A stretch of DNA of 61,147 bases, the filler included. It is 13 parts of 13 records of this genome, joined end to end, with 100 filler letters (N's around TTAATTAATTAA, not from the genome) between each part and the next. Parts side by side here need not be neighbours in the genome. Positions count along the whole stretch, not along the records: positions 23,717 to 28,106 come from SRR15195285_3057; positions 28,207 to 34,178 come from SRR15195285_3058; positions 34,279 to 40,095 come from SRR15195285_3059; 10 more parts are not named here. One strand, given 5' to 3'. This document shows positions 24,288-34,393 of this stretch, piece by piece (the first letter of the stretch is position 1; every line of letters starts with the position of its first letter). A model generated the notes under the pieces. It was not told the DNA's origin. It saw only the letters and a program-made list of their open reading frames with translations, and searched no databases. The translations under genes were made by a program, and so were the position numbers.

Positions 24288-27200
24288 TTACGCTGCGTAG
24301 AAAATCTGACCGTGGGCCATCTCGCCGTGGTGCCCGAAAGTCGCGTTGCAGCTGCGCAAGAAAAGAGTTCAGTTGTTTGTCATATGTATACCGTTGTTGC
24401 AAGCGTTGTTACAATACATATAGCGTTGTTGCATGTAGTTTAGATGCATTAGTTTAGATGCAATGCGCTCACAATCAAGGTGGTGGCCGGTTGGCCTACG
24501 ATCAAAGAGAGAGAACTTACCGCTTCACAATTCGCATTCGTTTTCCGCCAAGGCCAGGAGGTGGTTTGAGCTTGCCGTTGTAGTCGCTGCTCTCACCCCA
24601 CACGCATGGTGGCACTGCAACAAACCCTGGCTCATTCATCGACTGCCGGTCGAGCGCAGCAGCGTTGTCTCTGTGAGGAGAGTCAGTCCCGTTGCCACCG
24701 TACGTGGCCCGCTCCATGCAGATAGGCTCTCCTGTGCTGTTGTCATATACCGCCATGCTGAGGCAAGTTGGAGCGTGGCACTGTCCAGGAAAAGCACCGC
24801 ACTGATAAACAACAGTCGCAATGAAAACATCATGGATGGCTACTCACGTGCATGTGTGCCACTACTGGCGTAAAGTCCGCTGCGGTATGTTTGGAATTTT
24901 CTCCGATGTAGAATGTTCCCTCTAGGTAATGGACCCAAGTACCGTTTTTGGATCCCTCAGCCATAGAGTTGCCGAAGAAGTCCTCAAATTTGCAACCGGG
25001 CTGCAAGGTCGAATTGCAAAGGGGCACGTCATACTCCGCACCCGCAGGTCGACCCGGACCACCGCCAGCGCCGACATCCCAGTTGGTTGTGCCACCAGAA
25101 TAGTGCACGTCACGGTGGTAGCTTGCATTGTAGTCCTGGTACCAGAAGCGGAATTTGATTTGATACTCGAGCGGTTGATCTGGCCAGGGGACTGCACGTG
25201 TGAAAAACATGGCCCTCTGATGTCAGGATACCAATGGAGGCAATACACAAAGGAGAAGCCAGTGTCACGTGAAGCATAGGGAGTTGCGGGAGACTCACTT
25301 TCTTGGTCAGCGTCAAGGAGTGACCAGAGATGGTGGCAAGCTGTCTGGCCGCCCGTGTATGCACGAACGTCACACGTTGGATTGCGCTGTGCCAGCAGAT
25401 CTGTGCGTGGCTCTTGCGCGCACCAGTTTCCAAAGCCTACCTCACCAGACCCCTTCTCGCCCTTTTGAGTCGTCGGAGTGTACAAGAACTTGCCACCGAT
25501 CGGGGTGCCAAAAAGAGCTGGCTTGCCAGCACAGATGCATGCACCACCACCAGCCCCAGTGAGTGGGAGGAATGTCATGCGGCCGGGCATCTTGTCCTTG
25601 TGATACGATAGCTTAGGTCCTGATCCTATCGCCGTAATGTACTCCAGAGACGCAGATGTGGCGTTGAAACTGAAAGTTTTCCCCTGGAGTGGGCGGCTCA
25701 GCACCACAGTACGCAGGCCATCGACAACCGTGTTGGAATGCACTGTAACCGACTTTGGCAACAGCGTGCCTGGGCTCTGGTCTGCAAGTTTGCGCTCGCT
25801 TACTGCGCCAACGGCGCCACCCTCCACGATCACAGTCCATGGCTCCTGCTTCATCGCTGATGCGCCGAAGCCGACGCCGAACCAGTTGCTAGCATTTCCA
25901 GTCATCACGATAGTTGCCGTCGCACCGTCGAGTCGAACTCTCAAGGTGGTGCTGTCAAGCAACGGAGCGATGCCGGCAGTGCCAAGGCTAGAGTCGCTCC
26001 CGCAGCCTGCTGCACTGGCGGCCTCATTCCAGAACACACGGACTGTGTCCGCAGAGGCTGTTGCGCTGCATCCCGCTGGCATCGAAGCGTTGCTGCCCGA
26101 GCTGTTCGTGAACAGCACTCCTTGTCCGATCGCAGCAGCGGCGCCCACGAAGCAGGAAGCAGCATCTTCAACCGGATACTCGCACGCCCCGTTCAGCTGG
26201 ACGCTGTGTGAATCTTGCCACGTCTTCGACAGACGCGTTGTGAACGGGCACTCCAACAGCCCGGAATAAGCCGCATCCTTGTGCACTGCCAGCGAATTGC
26301 GTGGCTGGGGGCCTGACACAAACGGCGGAGAGTCTGCAGAGATATTCATACCTTCCCGGTGCCACGTGTCAATTTGCATGGGGGTGAATTGGAACTGCCG
26401 CGGCGACTCGATCAGGCGCGCGTACGGTGCAGGAAATCCGTGGTATGTCTTGCGATATTCGCCGCCGTTTCCTCCCCCAAGACCTAAATGTGTACTCACA
26501 CCACCCACGCCACCTTCTAGCTCATTCACTCGGTAGACTGCATCAGGCACGCCATGGCCGGTCTCGAATTCGGCCCTGCGCGGATCGTCAGAGCCGCTGA
26601 AAACAAGCTTCTCGAGGGAGGCCTTGGCACCCGCGAGCGTCGCCGTAAAGTGGTGATTGTAGGCCGCGTTGATGGGAACGGAGATGTCTGCACCGGTACC
26701 GGTGGCGTTTCTGCGAACCTGATCGCACTCGATCCCGATCATAGCCATCACGCCACCATCTGCGTAGCGGTCAATGACTTCCTGCGGAATATTGACCGGC
26801 GGCAACGCCGCCCACCAGACCTGCGAGTACAGCGTCGAGAAGACCGGAGTGTAGACATCGAAGTAGCGCGCCCCGCCAGGATAGTCCTTGAACTCCTTCA
26901 CCAGGTGTCGCGCGCCTGCGTGGGTGCCAGTCTCGCTCCGAAAATACCTGCCGTTCATGTTGGGCTCGTCCATCGGCACGAACGGCGTCTTCGGGGCAGG
27001 CGCTGGCGTCGGCCCCGCAGGCTCCGGTGGGTGGAACGGCCCCACCTTACATGGGCACTCGGTCGTTCCAACCCGATCCACGCTCCAGCACTCCATCTCC
27101 GCCCCGTCACAGCGAAACTTCCCTCGGCACCCACTGTGGCTCGCACACGGGCCATTCACACACCAACACTCAGCCATCCATACGCCCACAGCACAAACAA

Positions 27201-27553
27201 GTGGGTGGTGGGTGGGTGGCAGGGATCTGTCTGGGCGCTTGGGAGTGACTTGCATGGGAGGGCGAGGCGACAGTGATTGGCATGGGAGCTGGTGGCAGCG
27301 ATTTGTCTGGGCGTCTCTCGCACCCCTGAATCCACATGGTGCGGTTGTTCGCATTGCAGCCGAAGTTCACATCCACCACGCACTTCGTCGCGCTGATCTG
27401 CTGCGTCAACGCCACAGTGCAGCCCCCATACAAATCACTGCCAGCCCTCCCATACAAATCACTGCCAGCCTTCCCAGACAAATCACTGCCAGCAGCCTCA
27501 CCCTCAGCCCTCCCCAGACAAATCACTGCCAGCATTGTAGGGAGCCGAGCCAT
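24288..27553 (-). CDS. Secreted copper type II monooxygenase-like (SURNod19-like) protein with N-terminal DUF3011-like Cys domain and internal DOMON domain; multi-exon
   Basis: Signal-like MARLPTMLAVICLG. Intron 27323-27134 restores MWIQGGCRGKFRC. Motifs AYNHH, WFGVGFGASAM..RTVVLSRPL..LSYH, VVAHMH and terminal exon CNATFGHHGEMAHGQ. Confidence 0.75.
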
Positions 27554-28012
27554 CGCGAGAAACCACTCTCTAGAGAGAGAGAAATCACTGCCAACCTCCC
27601 AGACAAATCACTGCCAGCCCCCCATACAATTCTATGCGCTACTCCCCCGGTAGGTCGCGACCTACCGGCGTAGTAGCAGTGCGTGTGTCCGCTGTGTACT
27701 ATTTTTTAAAATATATCTAAATACTACACACGCATAGGCTGGGTTGGATTCGCTTGGGGTATGGAGAAATGACTGAGAAATTCAGAGTTTCTTCTGACCA
27801 CCTCGAGTCGCTGCATTTTTGTGCCCATCAGTATTGCAATTAGCCTTATTCTGATGACATCGCGCGTTGAATTCTGACCCAGCACGCACATGGTGCAACA
27901 CACGCATACGGCTCTAGAGGTACTATGATAGTAGTGCGCACAGAATTGTCTCTGCTGGGGTTTGGCTGGTAGTGAATTGCATAATGGGAGCCTGGCAGTG
28001 AACTGCCTGGGG
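27217..28012. repeat. Cluster of ~24-bp repeats (consensus CCCA[T/G]ACAAATCACTGCCAGC) in both orientations
   Basis: AAATCACTGCCA cores at 27432, 27456, 27480, 27520, 27582 and 27605. Degenerate inverted copies at 27217-27311 and about 27966-28012. Confidence 0.9.
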
Positions 28013-28106
28013 GCTGCGCGTGGTGCCGGGGATGGCATCACTCCTGGGCGTTCTGCTGCTGGAAACAAGTATGCCCGGAGCATTGCCGAGCATTATGCCC
28101 GGTCAG

Positions 28107-28206
28107 NNNNNNNNNNNNNNNNNNNNNNNNNNNNNNNNNNNNNNNNNNNNTTAATTAATTAANNNNNNNNNNNNNNNNNNNNNNNNNNNNNNNNNNNNNN
28201 NNNNNN
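28107..28206. other. Artificial contig linker
   Basis: 44N-TTAATTAATTAA-44N. Confidence 0.99.
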
Positions 28207-28884
28207 TCTCGTGCCTCTTCCTCCTGCTCCGAATCATGTGTCATCTCGCGAACCCGCCGTCTTCGCCGCGTTCGGGAGACAGGTTGCGGTGCATTTATTC
28301 GAGCTCACTCAATCCTAGCCTGTTGCATCAGTTGACGTGCGTCATGCGAGACTCATTCGCCATCTACAAACTCGTAATCATCCATAGATGTACACTATCA
28401 AATCATGACCTCGAACAATGCTATCCCCCGCAATTCACTCCTCTTGCGTTGTTCGCACCACCAATTTCATTTTCAACAACAATCGGATTTCAGTTGAAAA
28501 CTGCAAGGAAAAAACCCCATGGACTTGAGATGGAATTCAGGAACCGGCCGGCGGCCTTCTCGATGGTTCAGTGAGTTCTCTAAGCGCTGGATTAAATACG
28601 ACTTTTCGCGGCTCCCGAGGTGCGGTCGGTGCGTGGGAAGAAGGTGGGCTGGCTCCGTACGCAGGGCAGCCTTGGCAGCGCGTCGCAGGGCGCTGTGATC
28701 GAGCACATCGATGCACTGAGCGAGTGGGAAGGAGGTGGGCTGGCTGGGCGGGGCGAAGGCTGGGGTGAGCTGGGGTGGCACCATGGCGGCTTGAGAGCGT
28801 TTTGTTTTTGGAGGCCAACAGCCCGCGTTGGATCGGACGGAACGCAGTGGCGGCAGAGGAGCCCGTTGGATTGGCGCGCTCGGG

Positions 28885-31395
28885 ATGGACGGCAACACGT
28901 CGCTGCTGAGCAGTGGGCGATCTGTGCCGGCACGGACTGCATCGGAGACCAGCTATGCATCGTGCGTCCTTAACTGCTCACGCTGGCTCGCGCTCGCTCA
29001 CCTGCTAACTTCGCGTTGTGCGCTCGGTAGGACCGGCAGCTCCACAGAGGAGCCGATGACCGAGTACCACCTGGCACACGAGCACCCAGAAACCGAAGTG
29101 ACTGGCAAGCGGCTGATTGCTACACAAAATCTTAGGACCCACGCCGGCAAAATGACCCCGAAGACAGCTGTGGAGTTTGCGGGGCACTCGCTGCAGTTCA
29201 TGCGGTGGATGCCTTCATACAGCTGGAACAAGGAAGGTGTAGGCGACATGGTCGCAGGGGTCACCGTCGGGGTGGTGCTAATTGCACAGGGCGTCGCTTA
29301 CGGTATGCTGACAGGCATGAAGCCGTACTACGGTCTGTACGCCGGCCTGGTCCCCGCCACGGTGTACGGTTTGCTCGGCACTAGCCGCCAGATGCACATC
29401 GGACCGTTCGCCTTGGTCTCGCTGCTGGTAGCGGAAGGCGTGTCAGAGGTACCAGGGATTGAGCCTGATGCCTGCCGGGCTACTGGAATGTGCCAACCAC
29501 GCGTGATATGTGAAACTGGCCTCTGTGAGGACAAGCACTCGCTCCCAATGCCGATGGCGTCACAGCACGAGTGCAACGCGCTCGAGCCCGAGGGCGTGTG
29601 GAGTGCGGCTCCGAACGCAGTCACGGACATGTGCCAGGAGTACATTGACGCCTGTTTGACAATGAGCCTGATGGTTGGTATTGGGTACCTGTGCATGTGG
29701 GGGTTGCGGCTAGGCTTCGTCGTCGACCTTCTGAGCGACCCGATGATGTCAGCACTCACGACAGCGGCAGGCTGCCTAATCTGCACCTCGCAGGTAAAGC
29801 ACCTGCTTGGTCTGACGATGGTGCCACGCGGTAGTTTCGTAAGCACGTGGCAGGTCATTGGAAGCAATCTTCAAAACACCAACCCAGTGACGCTAGTGAT
29901 TGGTGTCGCGAGCCTGGCGCTCATGTTGGGTATAGCGAAAATCAACACTAAGATTAAAGATCGAACAAAGATTCCGATCCCAGAGCAGCTCATCGCGGTG
30001 ATTTTGTTCACTTCGATCGTCGCTTTCGGCTCTCTCGATGATCCGCAGGGAGCTCACCCAGTTCTCATCCTCGGTGAGGTTCCCGGAGGGCTACCTGTTC
30101 CACGCATCCCCGACACAAGCCACTGGCCCGAGTTGGTTCACGCCTCGGCGGTCGTGACTATCATTGGATTCTCCCTCGTGATTGCGACTGGAAAGACGTT
30201 TGCCGAGAAGCACGGCTACGAGGTTGATCCAAATCAGGAGCTACTCGCACTAGGTGCTGCAAATTTTTTAGGTGGGCTAGCGTGCTGCTACCCAGCTAGC
30301 AGCAGCCTGAGTCGATCGGCTCTCGCGAATGCTGCGGGCGCGAAGACGGCTGCGTTCAACTTCTGGGCAGTATGTGTTATCATACTGGTGCTGCTTGCGC
30401 TCTACCCGACGCTCCGCTGCCTTCCAAACGCAACGCTGGCGGCCATAGTGGTTTTGGCATTCAAATCGATCATCAAGCAGGTCAACCAGGTGCCAGCACT
30501 CTGGAAGCTGAAGCGCACCGACTGCCTCGTCTGGTTGTGCACGTTCTTCGGCATTCTCTTACTCGGTGTCACCTCCGGCATGGTAGTAGGGGTCGCTTCC
30601 TCACTACTCGTCATGCTCAAAGCCGACTCGCGCCCTCCACATGCGGTACTCGGTCGACTCGGCGATACTGACGTCTTCCGTAACCTCGAGCGATACCCGA
30701 CGGCCTTCGAAGTTCCGGGCGTTTTCATCTTCCGATTTGATGCAGCTCTGAACTTTGCCAACAAGAACTACTTCAAGAGCCTGCTCATGCGGTATGTGGT
30801 TGCGCGGCAACTCGCAGGCAATGCCATTCGAGTCATCGTCCTCGACCTATACGGTGTACATGACATCGACAGCTCGGCCATTAAGATGCTTAAGGCTGTG
30901 CTTGCAGACCTCAAAGCAGGCAAGGGTGCGCGAACGATTGCTGGTGGGGGGTCGATTGAAATCGTAGTCGCCGGCTGTAAGGGTCCTGTGCGCGATATCC
31001 TCGCCAAGGGAGGCATTATTTCCGCAGATCCAGACGATGGTGATGGGTTTGATCGCTCTCGCGATTCTTTCGGACAACGACCGACCTCGGACACACCAGA
31101 AGCATGGCACGAAACGATGCAGAGGGTGGAGGAGGCGGGGGCAAAATCTCTATGCCACCAGTTCGTGCTGCTTAAAACAGCAGTGCGGTACGCGGAGTGG
31201 CGCGTGCAAAACATCACTGACAAAGTCGTAATGCCTTCTGGAGAAACTATGCAGACTCCCCGGGAAGACGACACCGTAACCATTCTAGATGCGGACAGAC
31301 CTGTGGATACTCCAGCGGGGGGTGATGGTGCTGTAACAGCCGAGTCAGAGAGTAACGCAAACCCCGTCGCTTCGGGGGATATCACGAGTTTATAG
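28885..31395 (+). CDS. SLC26/SulP family anion (sulfate/bicarbonate) transporter with STAS domain
   Basis: GDMVAGVTVGVVLIAQGVAYG, LGTSRQMHIGP, NQELLALG, SLSRSA and STAS motifs FRFDAALNFAN..DIDSSA. Start codon and first intron uncertain. Confidence 0.93.
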   Translation: MDGNTSLLSSGRSVPARTASETSYASCVLNCSRWLALAHLLTSRCALGRTGSSTEEPMTEYHLAHEHPETEVTGKRLIATQNLRTHAGKMTPKTAVEFAGHSLQFMRWMPSYSWNKEGVGDMVAGVTVGVVLIAQGVAYGMLTGMKPYYGLYAGLVPATVYGLLGTSRQMHIGPFALVSLLVAEGVSEVPGIEPDACRATGMCQPRVICETGLCEDKHSLPMPMASQHECNALEPEGVWSAAPNAVTDMCQEYIDACLTMSLMVGIGYLCMWGLRLGFVVDLLSDPMMSALTTAAGCLICTSQVKHLLGLTMVPRGSFVSTWQVIGSNLQNTNPVTLVIGVASLALMLGIAKINTKIKDRTKIPIPEQLIAVILFTSIVAFGSLDDPQGAHPVLILGEVPGGLPVPRIPDTSHWPELVHASAVVTIIGFSLVIATGKTFAEKHGYEVDPNQELLALGAANFLGGLACCYPASSSLSRSALANAAGAKTAAFNFWAVCVIILVLLALYPTLRCLPNATLAAIVVLAFKSIIKQVNQVPALWKLKRTDCLVWLCTFFGILLLGVTSGMVVGVASSLLVMLKADSRPPHAVLGRLGDTDVFRNLERYPTAFEVPGVFIFRFDAALNFANKNYFKSLLMRYVVARQLAGNAIRVIVLDLYGVHDIDSSAIKMLKAVLADLKAGKGARTIAGGGSIEIVVAGCKGPVRDILAKGGIISADPDDGDGFDRSRDSFGQRPTSDTPEAWHETMQRVEEAGAKSLCHQFVLLKTAVRYAEWRVQNITDKVVMPSGETMQTPREDDTVTILDADRPVDTPAGGDGAVTAESESNANPVASGDITSL

Positions 31396-31504
31396 GCCAC
31401 AATAAAACTGGCGCTAATGATAACATTAGCTTTTTATGCCGCTCACCTGTGCTTGCAGTGAACAATCAGGCTGCTCCAGATCGCTCTTAGGCTGACAGAC
31501 CTTA

Positions 31505-33967
31505 TCACTCTGTTTTTGACAGCACACGCATACGCACACACGAGAGAATGACTCTTCCGCAACGCGCCATAAAACAAGCACATGAGAGAACAAGCGCACC
31601 AATCAAGTCGACTACTTTAACGAGGGAGTAGCCTCTTGCCCTCGCGGCCATACCAAGCTCCTGCTCAGTCAGCGATGCAATTACCATCGCCCTGACTTTG
31701 CTTCCCAGCTCGGCGTTGGTCAAATCAGTCGAAGCATTGCCGTCGCTGGCACAAGAAATGCTGCTTGGACTCGGAGGCACTGCCTCTGATAGTTCGACTT
31801 CCTGCTCCTGTGAAGTGGATGCAATTCTTCTTCCCTCGCTTCGACCAGCAATCTCGATCTCACGCACTAGGGCGTCGACTCGCCTTTCAGAAAGAGATCC
31901 GTGTTCGCCACCATCAAGGATGTCACTGCCATGAAAGGCAATCCAACGCTGTTGGGTTGTCAACAAAGCACCCAACCAAGACCCCGCCACATCGCAGTCA
32001 TGCTCGAGCATCAACGCAACCATCGGCTTCTGCAGTTGTTGGCCCAATTGAGCCACGGCGCGACAATGTGGCGACTCCTTGTAACGGGTGGAGCAGCCAA
32101 AAACTATGACTTCGCAGCGTGCAAGTTCGTCGTCCTTCTGCTGATCACAGATACAATATCCCCGCGCTAATAAGCTCTGACTAATTTGCTGCATCACCAC
32201 CTGATTTCCAGCGTGGTACGACAGAAAGACTCGTGGACGGTGGTTTTGGTGGTTCTGCTGCTGCTGTTGCTCGGATGTACTGTCGTCAGAGCAGGTTTCT
32301 GTGGCACGAAGGCTGATGGCGTGTAGAGCGCCCAAGGCACAGGTACGAGCTTCCTCTGCCATGCCCTGCGATCCCACAGCCTGCAATGCTTCAACCACAA
32401 GTTTCCCATGTTGGATCAGAAGCTTTCTCCCTGCTTCGCACAGGGCGAGATGGTAAATGGCCTCCGCGTGGTTGCACTGATAGGTTACTTGAACATATTC
32501 TGGTGTTGGTGTCGCTGGAGGCACAGCTCGTGAACCTCGTGGATGGCCTGGGTCAGAGAAGAGCCCTAGCACCAGCATAGGAACGAGCTTAGCGCAATTC
32601 ATAAGCATGTTTCTGTGGGCATCGGACACGGACAACGAGAGCACCGACGAGCTATCGAACGATTCGACTGGGACTGTGCCCGCAGCAGCTGTTCCATCCA
32701 GAACTTTCAGCCGCCAGCCGACGAAAGCTTCTAGCTCCGCTTGCTGAAACTCAAAACTTGGAAATCTGGGGTCACCAGTGCCGGTTTCTGCCCTGCCGAA
32801 CAGCTCTGCAGCTATATCGATCACGACGGCATCTGTCCGCATGTTCAGGTCCGAGCAGTATACCAGCGGATGATCAACTGCGAAGCGAAGCGAGCTAACA
32901 GCCTCTCGCAATGCGTCAGCATATGCCCCGCTGCCTGTTGGAAGCGACCTCAAGTTCTTCAGTGTGGACAAAGCGAAGTAAACGACTGAGATATTTGCAT
33001 CTGGCGTATTGAAGGATGTCTCATATGCGCGCAATGTGTCGATAGCAACGCCAAGCAGTCCTTCGAAGGTGCCCGGCAGCAGCTGCCGGCGCTCAGCCGA
33101 AAGGTGCGACGTCATAGTACTCAGCGCAAGCCAAATCGCTGCGAATCGCCCTGGAGATCGCGCACGTTCGATACTTACCCAGTCTCCTGACGGTGTCGCG
33201 CGCAGCTCTGCGATAGCTACTTCTATTACTCCCATCTGTACCTGGTGAAGGGCTACCTCGGGACGGCCATCACAAAGGGTGTGCATGAGCTGCCAGGCAC
33301 CCACCACAAGTCCTTCCCCTGCTATCAGCGCCCCTTCGCGAAGAGCTTTGGCGAGCAGTGTGCTCATTTGCATCATGTGAGAGGTGGAACATTGCGTAAA
33401 GCGAGCACTGCACTCGCGACGCACGCCCAGAGCGTCATCTACTTCTGCAGCCGCGAGCACTGGCTCCATCCCACCGACAAACAGTGGCGCGAAACAACCT
33501 TCTGCCGCTGCCAGCGTCTCCACGTGCTCGTGAGTGATGGCTTCTGGAGTACTCTGCCGCGCAGCAATGCCGGCAGCATGATTATTGCCAACAACAGACG
33601 CCCAGCACCGCCCGTCCCGCAGCCATTCGCTCCCAACAGCCACTGCGTCCAAGCTCACCAGCCCGTAGATACATTGCGCGCACTGGCGAAACTCCGACGC
33701 ATCAACTTCGCTCTCGGGCCGCGAGAGAACCGCCGCCAGTGGGGCGATGCAGCCGGCGGCCAGCGTCGCGCTGCCCTCGCGGGCGTGTCTCGTGTCGCGC
33801 GCGCGCCGTGCGACGTATCCTTCCAGCGCGGCGTACGCCGCGCTGCGCTGCGGCCGAGACCCGGTGAGCAGCACGGCGAGCCCTTCTGGTGAGAAGGAGA
33901 AGCGTGGCGAGCCTCCGCCACCGCCTGGGGAGCGCGGGGAGGGGACTGACTGCGGTGACAGCGCCAT
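31505..33967 (-). CDS. Armadillo-like repeat protein with C-terminal TIR (TIR_2-like) domain
   Basis: Helical ARM-like N-terminal region; TIR motifs VFLSYH, YKESPHC, KPMVALML and SWLGALL. The extreme 3' end may be spliced. Confidence 0.78.
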   Translation of the reverse strand: MALSPQSVPSPRSPGGGGGSPRFSFSPEGLAVLLTGSRPQRSAAYAALEGYVARRARDTRHAREGSATLAAGCIAPLAAVLSRPESEVDASEFRQCAQCIYGLVSLDAVAVGSEWLRDGRCWASVVGNNHAAGIAARQSTPEAITHEHVETLAAAEGCFAPLFVGGMEPVLAAAEVDDALGVRRECSARFTQCSTSHMMQMSTLLAKALREGALIAGEGLVVGAWQLMHTLCDGRPEVALHQVQMGVIEVAIAELRATPSGDWVSIERARSPGRFAAIWLALSTMTSHLSAERRQLLPGTFEGLLGVAIDTLRAYETSFNTPDANISVVYFALSTLKNLRSLPTGSGAYADALREAVSSLRFAVDHPLVYCSDLNMRTDAVVIDIAAELFGRAETGTGDPRFPSFEFQQAELEAFVGWRLKVLDGTAAAGTVPVESFDSSSVLSLSVSDAHRNMLMNCAKLVPMLVLGLFSDPGHPRGSRAVPPATPTPEYVQVTYQCNHAEAIYHLALCEAGRKLLIQHGKLVVEALQAVGSQGMAEEARTCALGALHAISLRATETCSDDSTSEQQQQQNHQNHRPRVFLSYHAGNQVVMQQISQSLLARGYCICDQQKDDELARCEVIVFGCSTRYKESPHCRAVAQLGQQLQKPMVALMLEHDCDVAGSWLGALLTTQQRWIAFHGSDILDGGEHGSLSERRVDALVREIEIAGRSEGRRIASTSQEQEVELSEAVPPSPSSISCASDGNASTDLTNAELGSKVRAMVIASLTEQELGMAARARGYSLVKVVDLIGALVLSCACFMARCGRVILSCVRMRVLSKTE

Positions 33968-34178
33968 CGCTCCCGCCCTGCTACCGACGCGTACCGTGCG
34001 CGTGACGTGCTCGCAAGATCGCCAACGAACGCTACGACTGCGGCACTGCGCGCGCGGCCGCCTGCCTGCAACGAACCATCGAACCTTTTTCGTTTTTGGG
34101 CCGGGGCCTCGGCTCAACGAGCAGTGCCCAGGTTCGGAGGTTGAGTCTTTCAAGAGAGCCCCGGGGCCCGCGGGGGGG

Positions 34179-34278
34179 NNNNNNNNNNNNNNNNNNNNNN
34201 NNNNNNNNNNNNNNNNNNNNNNTTAATTAATTAANNNNNNNNNNNNNNNNNNNNNNNNNNNNNNNNNNNNNNNNNNNN
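34179..34278. other. Artificial contig linker
   Basis: 44N-TTAATTAATTAA-44N. Confidence 0.99.
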
Positions 34279-34393
34279 TGCTGTCGCTGGGCTGGGCGTG
34301 GCAGCTGGAGTGGTTGTGCACGGATTGCAAGTTGCGCGCCTCGCTGAGGCATGGAGAGCGGAGGACTGCCGTAGCGTCGTAAGAGGGGTCGCG

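Noticed and set aside
27421-27628. Possible CRISPR array
   Set aside because: Repeats are mostly head-to-tail with irregular spacing (24, 24, 40, 62, 23), have no uniform unique spacers, lie partly in a eukaryotic exon, and no cas genes are present.
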